A DNA stretch of 64,000 nucleotides, from the NCBI RefSeq assembly GCF_032062105.1, contig NW_026939565.1, forward strand, positions 434,001 to 498,000, given 5' to 3'. The DNA is from Saccostrea cucullata (lineage: Eukaryota). Of this stretch, positions 39,647-50,200 are shown in pieces. The notes under the pieces are model-generated. The model worked only from the letters and a program-made list of their open reading frames with translations, did not search any database and had not been told where the DNA came from. Both the position numbers and the translations under genes were made by a program. Numbering within the stretch: the stretch's first letter is position 1; every line of letters starts with the position of its first letter.

Positions 39647-40043
39647 GCGTGGAATGAGCATTACATGTACTTTGAAATTTTGCAATAAAATACAGTGTAT
39701 TTTAATTTAAAACAGAAAAATCGTTTTAAAAAATATTTTTTAGGTTCCTACAGTATTTATATTTGCACTGCTTTGCTTTTAGTGTAATTCATCAAGTGTA
39801 GCCCAATAAAGGGATTTTGTTATTTGTTCATAATACTGTTTGTACCTGCTATACAAAAAAAAATTGAACAATTGTTCGTCCAAACTGGCAGTTTTGCACA
39901 TTGTAATTATACCTGCATGCTTTTTGTTTAGTGCTAAATGATATGATTGTTTCTTTATTTTTTTAATAAATCGCTAAATATATTCCAGTGTCTGAATCAG
40001 AAACAATTTTTAAAATATGTTTTTATTTATTTTATATTTTTAG

Positions 40044-40200
40044 GATCCAACGATTGTTTTGAGGCCGGCGATGTATGGATACGGCAATGAAAACTAGTCA
40101 ACAAAGAAGACATCTTGTCAACATGATATTTATAGTAACAAAGTTGGTGGCCAAAACATTTGTTGTACATAAATCATTCAGAGGTCAATAAATAATCGTT
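40044..40200 (+). pseudogene. Orphan, frameshifted paralog of P4 exon 2
   Basis: Acceptor TTTTTAG|; reads (G)SNDCFEAGDVWIRQ* versus P4 GFDDCYWAGDEWKCTNEH*; 2 nt shorter before the homologous stop; homologous 3' UTR and AATAAA at 40187. Confidence 0.65.
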
Positions 40201-40731
40201 GTTCCTATTAATTTTTCTTTTTAATTTTAAGCCACATTGAATTCTTTAGTTTTGTTTTTCAAATACTCAGTATACAGAAATTCATGTGAAAGGTTTGGTG
40301 AGAAGAAAAGTAATCACTAAGTATATTGGTTGAATTGATTTGAATAAAAAGATTTTATTTCAACGAAAGAAAGTTATAAAAACTGTAATAACAAAGGAAA
40401 AAATCCAAGTTGCAGTCCTAACTGTAAGAATAATACGATTAGGTAATTTCTCCACACCAGGAGTACAAGTTTATCTAATACTGTACATGTTAATAAAAAC
40501 AATCTTTAGTGTAAACAATACATTTATGATAAAGCTTAAATTCTTATTAAAAGGGAGTTTTAAGAAAACAAAGTTCTAAATTTGATTCCATTGTGAATGT
40601 AAATTTTGAAATCATTACACGGGTGGCAGTAAATACAAAATTTACAACATGACAAGGCATTCCCAACGAGAATACAATTACAAATGGCTAATTTATTGCA
40701 CATCTACAGGGTAACACCAATTCTATAATCT

Positions 40732-40772
<41 letters not shown>

Positions 40773-41249
40773 TTTGGCTACTGCATAAAATGAAAGAAAG
40801 GTTATGGGAACATGTTTCTTGTGAAACAAACAAACAAAACCTTTTTTTGAATTTTTTTCCCCCAAAATCTTATTGCATATTTACAGGACCGATTATATTC
40901 ATAACTGCATGCTGTCAGAAGTCAGTTACAAGTAAAAGAGATGGGTACCCCAAAGTGTAACAGACGCACGGACGGACGCCCGTCCATCTGTCTGTTACGC
41001 TTTGGGATAACCAACCATCTCTTATCCCTTTTATACCACTGAATGAATGACTTTCATAGAATCTTTGTTACATAGTGCCATTGTGATCTCCTTTTTACAT
41101 CTTGATCCGACACATATTTGGGGTTTCCCACAGCAAAAATTGGACACTACCATTCTTTCTTTAATATTGAAGGATACCCATCTGTTATCCGCAGCTTCGT
41201 AAAATCATAAAAATCTCGAGAGGGACATTACACAACATACAAACAAACA

Positions 41250-41292
41250 AAACAAGAACCATCGAGCCAATTTCAACCAGAGTATCGTTGGA

Positions 41293-41324
<32 letters not shown>

Positions 41325-41760
41325 GCATGCCCTCTACCAAGGGTAGATACATGTAAGTAAGAAATAGGGAAAATTGGATGGGTGTATATACATGTAAAAA
41401 TCTTCTCAAAAACCAATGGGCTGAAAAAGACGACTTTTGTGTGAAAACTTTTTGACATGATGTAGATTCAAGTTTGTTCAAATCTTGATCCCATGGGTAG
41501 GGTGTGGCCACAATGGGTGATCAAAGTTTTACTAGAAATATATTGTAAATATCTTTAAAAGTTCAACTTATATAGGAAAATATCTTTAAAAATCTTCTTC
41601 TCAAGATCTAGAAAAAAGCAAAGCCTTGATTAGTAATTTTTACATAGAACTATCCTCAGGTAGTGTAGATTCATTTTTTTTTTTCAAATCATGACACTCG
41701 GGGATAGGATGGGGCCACAATGGGTGATCAAAGTTTTACATTAGAATATATAATAAATCA
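41250..41760 (+). repeat. Fragment of a ~166-bp satellite-bearing Helentron-like element
   Basis: GATTCAAGTTTGTTCAAAT...GGGGCCACAATGGG units, reverse complement of the family at 10676. Confidence 0.7.
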
Positions 41761-42107
41761 CTGTTTAGTTAGTATAGTATGCCAGAGTATCAGTGATAGT
41801 GGGAAACGTGGGATAATTTGCATAATGAGCTAAAGTACTTCGTTATACTTATAGTACTTCGAAGACCATCTTTGACAAATTAAGGGACAAATTCTTAAGA
41901 ATCGTTTTGCAGGAATGATATATTTATCATCATGTGCACGAAGTACAAGTGCTTTAAAGTATTGATGATGATTTTATTTATGTTAATCATTTGAAGACTC
42001 TTTCATACCGGAAGTTATGGTATGCATAAAATGCACATACTTACAGATTTCAATGGTTTACTGTAGATGAAAATGTACAAGTGCATGTACAAGTATATTG
42101 TTTATTG

Positions 42108-42227
42108 CACAGGTACTTGGGTCTTGGTTTATAAATATGTATGATGTACCTTATTGATATGTAACTTTTTAAAAATATCAATAAGGTACACTATACGTAT
42201 TTATAAACCAAGACCGAAGTACCTGTG
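42108..42227. mobile_element. 120-bp hairpin MITE, CACAGG..CCTGTG ends, 8-bp TSD
   Basis: Near-perfect ~50-bp inverted arms; GTTTATTG on both sides. Confidence 0.9.
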
Positions 42228-42239
42228 GTTTATTGTGTA

Positions 42240-42413
42240 CAGTGGACCTTCAGATATCCGGACGCCACTATATCCTTTCAAGTAGAGTATTTTTCATCGG
42301 GACAAAAAATGTTACTTTGTCTTATTTAACTGGTGATTCAGGTATCCGGACGCTTCACAAATCCGGACAAATTGACAAGGAACCAAAGCGTCCGGATAAA
42401 TGAGGCTCCACTG
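42240..42413. mobile_element. Tc1/mariner(pogo)-type MITE (second copy 56420-56607)
   Basis: TA-CAGTGGACCTTCAGATATCCGGA ... TCCGGATAAATGAGGCTCCACTG-TA. Confidence 0.8.
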
Positions 42414-42509
42414 TATATTGTTTACGAGACAATAAAAAATCAAATAAACTAACAATATTTTGCCAAAGACATTATTTCAGAGTTCAGTTATTTGAACTTG
42501 TTTGTTTAA

Positions 42510-42988
42510 GGTCAAGATCTAGTAAATAACTTGAGACAAATTTTTTGGTGCTAGATCCATTATGACGTCATAATCAATTTCAACTTTCTTTTTACTGTAC
42601 TTTGTGCTTTAGCAGAATTATGTAGAAAAAAGGGTATTTTCATGTCATTCAATTTGAAATCATATGAAAAGTAAACCGGATACCTATATTAAATTTGATG
42701 TTGATTTAAAGAAGAGGCCATGAACATACTAATTACCGTTTTCTGAGAGACTGTAGGCAATCTGGATACATTTCCTATGCCGAATACGAAAAAAACTTCC
42801 ATATTCATGACTGGTTTTCTTAATTTTTCATTGAAATGACAGTTTAAAATACAGTTTTTCATCTTGTTTACCTACAAATTATTATATACCTTATGTGTAG
42901 ACCAAGATAAAGTTGTAAAGCACAATAATAGGAATTTATTTCTCAAGTTTGATAAATTTAGGCACCTTTCATTTACTAGATCTTGACC
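42510..42988. mobile_element. Kolobok-type MITE
   Basis: TIR GGTCAAGATCTAGTAAAT / ATTTACTAGATCTTGACC with TTAA TSD. Confidence 0.8.
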
Positions 42989-44607
42989 TTAATAGCAAAT
43001 AGCAAAAATTAGGTCCCTACTCGAGTGATGTCACTGACCTTGCTACTTAACTGAAAACAAGTAAACTATCAATAATAGGCATTAGCGTCGGAAGCAAATT
43101 GAAAAGGGGGGGGGGGCATTATGAAGAGAAAAAAATCAAACCTACAAAGAAAATGTTCCCATTGTACAAACAAGGTGGGGGGGGGGGGGGGGGGGCAGGT
43201 CAAACTTCTTGCAAAACCATTTTTTTCCAAACACAACCACTTACCTTTTTTTGACCTTAACTGTAACGTGCCTGTTGAAAGTGGAGGGGGGCTACACTTA
43301 CGTCCTTTTCAATGCCTATATTATGTCTATCTTTACGTTAAAAATAGGGGGGCTTAGTCAGCAGCCCCTTACCCCCCCCCTTTCCGACGCCTATGATAGA
43401 TTTATTGTGTATCTTTTTAATGATATTGTGTACGTAGAAATGCAGCGTAAAATTGATAACGAACTATTATCCGTAGATAATTCAAAGTGAAAAAAATAGC
43501 TCAACAATTGCAAATTGTTTGAAAAACTATTACATTCGATTTGCATGATGATAAATATAGAATGTATTTACTGACAAGGCCATTGATTCGAAGAATTTGC
43601 CTAAAGTAGAGCTGATGGATAAAACCTTTGTTTTGGTCAACGTATTTGTTAAAAGCTTCCATCCTTTTAGTAATTGTATGTATAGAGCATGCTCGCGTGT
43701 GTCGAATCAACTACCAGGTATGCATGCATGTAGTGAAAGTAGTTCACTTTTTTGTATTATATATAATTGTCTGTCCAATATCGTCTGCATATGGTGTTTA
43801 AACTTCCCAAGTCATTCGCTCCGCAAGAACGTGCTCTGAGTAAGAAGCTTGTGACAAATAATTTGATGCCACAAGGATTTCATTAACTTTTCTTTAAAGT
43901 CCGCTTTTTTACAAAATCTACGTTTGCCATCATGACGTTATTGCTGGTAACTGCAACTTATTTTGGGTGCCATATTCCTGATCAATACATTTATATTATG
44001 TATAATACCAACAGAATGAAGATTAAGCTACAGTATATTTATAATGTAAGAGAAGATACAACTAGGAACATAACTTTTACGCCAGTGGGCTGTTCGGGTT
44101 AAGATTAAAAAATAATCAAAAAAATTTCAAGAGAGGATTTTTACAACCTGCCTTAACAAACTTCTAATGCATGCACTTGGTTGAACTGCTTTTACATGCA
44201 CTAACAGAGCTTAATTTGGAAAAGTACAAATAGTTTAACCATAAACCTAAAGTAGACAATTTGGTTCTATGGTTTAAGAGACGAATTGCTATCTTGAATC
44301 ATAAAATAAAAAGAACTGCAATTTTTAGTAACCACTGTGTATGAATTTACAGTTGTACACAGGAGCTGGTTCAGCCAATAAACTTAAAACTGGCAAGGAA
44401 GTTCCGACACTTAATGGCGTGAACTGTGTCCTTTTTGCTTGATTCTTGTATAACACTCCCTGAAACATCCGTCGCAGTATATTTTTTACGATGTTTCAAC
44501 ATTTTGAGACTATATAAGCTGACGCCTAGACAGTTGGTCTTCAATTCACGTTTAGCAGTAAGCACATAAAGATTTTCATTTACTTATAATTTTACTCAGT
44601 CACCGCC

Positions 44608-44757
44608 ATGGAATCAGTTTGTCAACTCGTCTACCAAGTTTCTGTCTTGGCTGTGGTTTCCATAATCCAAGCGGCGTATGCCCAGTACTGGGACGATCAG
44701 AACAACGGTGATTTCCTGTCCGAAAATTATAGATATCTCCAAGGATATCGTGTATAA
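44608..44757 (+). CDS. Small secreted peptide precursor P3, 49 aa (MESVCQLVYQVSVLAVVSIIQAAYA|QYWDDQNNGDFLSENYRYLQGYRV)
   Basis: TATA context TTTTGAGACTATATAAGCT identical to P2; Kozak GCCATGG; signal ending AYA; donor TAAG|GTAAGA; candidate 3' exon ~45128-45235 with AATAAA at 45215. Confidence 0.85.
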   Translation: MESVCQLVYQVSVLAVVSIIQAAYAQYWDDQNNGDFLSENYRYLQGYRV

Positions 44758-45394
44758 GGTAAGATGTTTAGCTTTTTTTAAAGTTTTATATATTTATGTC
44801 CTGGTGGAAAAAAAGAAATACAGAACATTTTCATTTGTTTCTAATAAATACACTTTGCGAAAAGAAGATACATGTAGTTCTATAACATCCAAAAATATAT
44901 TTTTTAGTCTGTGAATTTGATTTCTGATATTTGTTCATTATATGGCAAAAGTTAAATTTCTCAAAGAAAATTAAGCTTACCCCTGGAATTTTGGGTTTTT
45001 TAACAAGGGTCAAATCTGGTGTATCGGACATTTATCAAATACGTGGAAACATTTTTCGTTAGATCTGTTTTTAAAAACATGGATAAGGAAAGGTTATAAA
45101 ATTAACACCAAAAACATACGTTTCCAGCCATTATTGTCGCAGTTTATGACAAATGCTTCCACTGGAACATCACAAAAGACCTGTTTTTCTTTCGAATATA
45201 AAGGAACATTATCCTAATAAAACACACCGCGAATTTGTTAGGTTAGGATAAACATTTCCTGAAAATTCCTGAAAATAAAATAAAGGCACACACAGACTTC
45301 TATATAAAAACTTGGATATCCCCTATGAATCCCTGCCCTCTGCCTTAGTTAGTGCTGTAAAGCAGTGAGGAGACAAAGTGCTATTGAGAAAACT

Positions 45395-46385
45395 ATGCTT
45401 TATTACCTCGGTATTCTACTTGTGTTCCTGATATCTTTCATGGCTTTAACAATTAAGGCATCGTGGGACGAAGGATATTACTATCTGGCTAACACCGAAA
45501 ATGGTCTGATTCTCATTAAACTTCTTTTTTTTCAATTATTTCACTTTTTTGTATTTTTTATTTATACTGTTTCAATTAATTTTTTTTTTATTTATTCATT
45601 ATTTTGAGAGGTCGCTTTGAGACTTTGCCATTTATATGGCAAGCCAAATTCACAAACATGAGCTAAACATAGTTTCACAGTTGATAAACTAGGTTTATCG
45701 ACTGTAAACTATACCGTAAACTATAGTTAACAATTCGTTAACTATAGTTTTCATCTTTAAAACTATATTTAATGGTTGTTAACTATAGTTTACGAATACT
45801 AATCCAAGTTTATCTGTCTGAAATAAAACGTTAACAATAAATTTTGTTGATAAACATAGATTCACGTCTGTAAACTATAATTTACAATCGTGAACTATAG
45901 TTAAGAGTAATCATAGTTTCACAAATCGTGGAACTATATTTATCAGATCGTTAACTATAGTTAAGAGTTGTAAACCATAGTTTACAAATCATGAAACATT
46001 ATTTATCAGATAATCTATGTTTTGCAATCGCAAATGATTGTTTTGGTGTCAAGTATAGTTTACGGTTCTGAAACATAGATTATCGCGTTAACTATGGTTT
46101 ACAGATGTAAAACATAGATTAACGTTGTTAACTATAGCTTACAGTCCGTAAATTATAGTTTACAACCACAGGCACTTGTTTCGTATACGGGATACTAGTA
46201 CCCCCTACTAATAAATATAAGTAGGGGGTATCCCGTATACGAAATAAGTCCCTGTGTTAACTCATTTTTGTGAATTTGGCATGCCATACATTTACATGAA
46301 CTTGCACAACAATTGTAATCTTTTTTCAGGGTTTGACGACTGCTATTGGGCCGGTGACGAATGGAAATGTACAAATGAACACTAA
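45395..46385 (+). CDS. Small secreted two-Cys peptide precursor P4, 54 aa (MLYYLGILLVFLISFMALTIKA|SWDEGYYYLANTENGFDDCYWAGDEWKCTNEH)
   Basis: TATATAAA at 45301; exons 45395-45503 (donor G|GTCTGA, weak) and 46330-46385 (TTTTTTCAG|) join in phase 1; AATAAA at 46462. Confidence 0.7.
45635..46288. mobile_element. TATGG..CCATA MITE (same family as 31622, inverted) in the P4 intron
   Basis: TIR TATGGCAAGCCAAATTCACAAA; TSD CATTTA; carries a nested CACAGG..CCTGTG hairpin at 46167-46256. Confidence 0.85.
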
Positions 46386-47216
46386 TCAGCGAGCAGTTTT
46401 ATAATCAATTATCTATATTTATCAAACATTGTTCACGGCAAATGCTTTTGTTGTTCAAGACAATAAACAATTGGTCCTTCTAATTTTCTTTTTTAATGTT
46501 CTTGAAGGAGAATACAGGTTCTTGTGAATTCATGCCAAATATGTATGTAACTACGTCATATCCACTGTCCCTTTTAATGTCTTAATGTATGTAAAAAGAT
46601 GGCATCCTAGTATCTATACTTAACATTTTCCTCAACGGTAATGTTGATTTTTATAGAAAGTTTTGACATCCTATCGCAAAACTATCCATGTATTTTTAAC
46701 GTTTGTCCATACATGACAAGCACACAGTGTACCACATTCTTGACTTTGGATATGGTCATGTACCCCTCCATTCCGCCTGATCTCACAAGTGACTTTTTAG
46801 GTCAGGTCTGTGTTTGCTCTGCTCACAATTTGATTTGTCAATAATTTGCCACAATTTATTTTCGCCTTTCAGTGTGAACTCCATTAGCTTTCATACATCA
46901 TGTACCCTATACATAGAATCTCTATTCTAAATCTAGAAATTTGTTTCCATTAAGATTGAAAAAAATACATCAAGTAAGGTTTTTTTTTTTTTAAAAAAAA
47001 TATCCAATTCATTAAAGTCAAAATTTCAGTTATGTTTTTATTCAATATCATCATCAGCATGGTTGTTTGTATCACATGTTCTACAAGTACAAATATCTGC
47101 ACACACTAAGTAACCAAAACATGCACATATAAACCGTAAATCAAATTATTTTCTTAAAATGCAACTAAAACATCTGGCAAATTGAAAGACACATTGAGTA
47201 GTATGATAATTTCAAT

Positions 47217-50200
47217 TTAATCACGTTCATCCACCTTTTTATGAGAAATTTTGATCTTTTTCAAAAAAGATCTAAATGCTCTAGGCACACTACAATGGAC
47301 TGAAAAACTTCTGCCATCCAGGAATTCCGGAATCAGGATGGACTTAGCGTGGAGGTACATGGGAAGGTTCCTGGCTTTACTCTGTCTGATCTCCATTCTC
47401 CGTACAACATCGCTAGGCAGAATCTAATGTTGATAAACAAACAAAAAACTATTGTAATAATCACATTGTAGACATTAAACCAGAAGTCTCTGTCGAGACT
47501 GTCAAGAGACTGTCACTCTACTGGTTTGTACTTATAATAAAGGAGAGAAAAGTAGCAGTTGGGACATAAAACTTTACAAAAGCAATACTGTATACAGGGA
47601 AATTTTCGCCGCCATTTCATTTTTGCCCTATTCATTCACCCTAGTCACACTTGGGCAAATTTAAAACAGGGCAAATCAAAGAACACTGTATAATTTCTTA
47701 TACAGAAATCAAATGTGAATGGGCGAATTTAAAACTAGGCAAAATTGTTACCAAGTGCAAAAGGTTGAAAATAACATGGGGCAAAAATAATCCTTTATAC
47801 AGTAAATAGAATAATGATCTTTGATTAAGTCTCTTCTTGTGGCAAAATTGCAATAAGACTACAACTGTAGGAGGTAGCTTTTAATAAAATTTCACAGAAT
47901 TTTCAATTTCAGTTACCACGGCAACATCGTTCATCAAATGAAAAACATAAAACTGATAATTATGTATCTCGTGTAATATACTTGCATGCCAAATTATATT
48001 ATAATCAGACTAAAAATATATTTGGAGTAGCATTTGAAAGTATTTCACAGAAATTTCTATTTTTAGTAACCATGGCAAGACCTTTCGTTGAAATCAAAAT
48101 CTGATATATAGAATTATGAATCTTAGTGTAGTCTAATTGTGTGCCGAGTTATATTGAAATCAGACCAGAACTGTGAAGAAGTAAGATTTTAAGTTTTTCA
48201 CAGAAATTTCTATTTTTAGTAACCACGGCAACATTGTTCATTGAAATCTAAAAACGATACACAGAATTATGTATCTTATTGTAGTCTACATGTACGCCAA
48301 GTTATATTGAAATCAAACCAAAACTGAAGGAGGAGTAGCATTTTAAAAGTATTTCACAGAAATTTATATTTTTAGTAACCATGGCAACACCATTCATCGA
48401 AATCAAAACCCGATCGACAGAATTATGTATCTTAGTGTAGTCTACTTTTGTGCCAAGTTATATTGAAATCAGACCATAACTAAAGGAGGAGTAGCATTTT
48501 TAAAGTATTTCACAGAAATTTCTATTTTTAGTAACCACGGAAACACAGTTCATCGAAATCTATAACTGACATACAGAATTATTAATCTTATTGTAGTCTA
48601 CTTGTATGTCAAGTTAGATTGAAATCAAAGCAAAACTGAAGAAGGAGTAGCATTTTAAAAGTATTTTACAGAAATTTATATTTTTAGTAACCATGCCAAC
48701 ACCATTCAACAAAATCAAAAACTGCAGGGGTGTGCAATTAGCATCGCCCGACGCCCGGGGCTACCATTTTTTGGGGTCGGGCTAGTGATTTTCTGCAAGG
48801 AGGTAGCCCGTCGGGCTAGTAAAAATTTTAACTACACACGCAATACATGAAAAGCACAACCGGTATTTTCACCAGTTTCTTGCAATATAATTCCCAACCA
48901 GTGAATATTTTCCAGACAACATGCTCCAACTGTCAATAAATCTCAATAATCTTATCTGTTTTGCAGTATTACCTGACTTGTTTACTTGCAAAAACGATCG
49001 TTTTTTTAAATCCGAATTTCCTCTATTCCTTCGTTTATGGTAATTACATGCAGATATCTCATTAAAATATTTACGATCACTCAATCAACTGAAAAATAAG
49101 TGTTTTGTGACACACATAAAATATATTTCTAGTGTATTTAATGATTAAACTTGAAAACAAAATGAATTTAATTCCATTCTAAAAAAACTGCTGCTAGTGC
49201 AATGTTCAGAAAAAGGGAAGATAATTTATTTAAATTCACTTTAATTTTCTTTCATATAATTTAAACATGATTTTAAAATTTAATAGTGAGAGTTATACAT
49301 TAATTTTTAAAAAAGAATTAACTCAGTACCCTGACTTTTTCAACAATTAATTTCATGTAATGTTTTTGTTTATATATGTAAATATGCTACAGTTGTTAAT
49401 AAAATAGGAATATTATTTTTTGTTTATTTGATAAGCCCTAACCATGGTACCTGATTAGCACCCTTATCTTGGAAGTCTAATTAGTGTCCTAATTATGGTG
49501 CTTATCAGATGCCCTAAATGTATCAAGTGTCTTGACACCTAACAATGGTGCAGAGGCCCTAATACTTGGAGCCGCTTGCCCTAATAGGTGCCCTAATGAT
49601 GGAGCCGATTGCCCTAACAAATCAACTAGGTGCCCTAAATCACGTTAGGTGTCAGGGGTATATAAGGAGAGAGAGTTAGTGAGTTGATATACATAGCTTG
49701 GATTTGATTTGTAAAACTACTCTTGGATATTATTAATACACTCGTTGAAACAAACTCTGGCGTTGCTCTTATATTAGATCTATAAAGATTTTAAGTTCCT
49801 GAATTTATACACGGGATCCACAATATTTTGTGACGCGGGTAACAGCAAACACCCCATAGAGAAAAACGTTACATTCATTTTATTTAAATTTTGGCCCCTA
49901 TATTTGGGCTAGTAACTTTTTACTTGGGGCTAGTAACTTTATAGCTGCCACTAGCCCGTGGGCTAGTAATAAATTTTTCTAATTGCACACCCCTGAACTG
50001 ATAAATAGAATTATGTATCTTAGTGTAGTCTTCTTGTGTGTCAAGTTATATTGAAATCAGAACAAAACTGAAGGAGGAATAGCATTTTTTAAGTATTTCA
50101 CAGAAATTTCTATTTTTAGTACATGTAACCAAGGCACAACGTTCATCGAAATCAAAAACCGATAAACAGATTTATGTATCTTAGTGTAGGCTATTTGTGT

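Noticed and set aside
37943-40090. Stop-codon readthrough from P2/P3 into the DCxxAGDxW exons
   Set aside because: TAA-G is a poor readthrough context; the coding signal in those exons is explained by P4 exon 1 splicing in the same phase.
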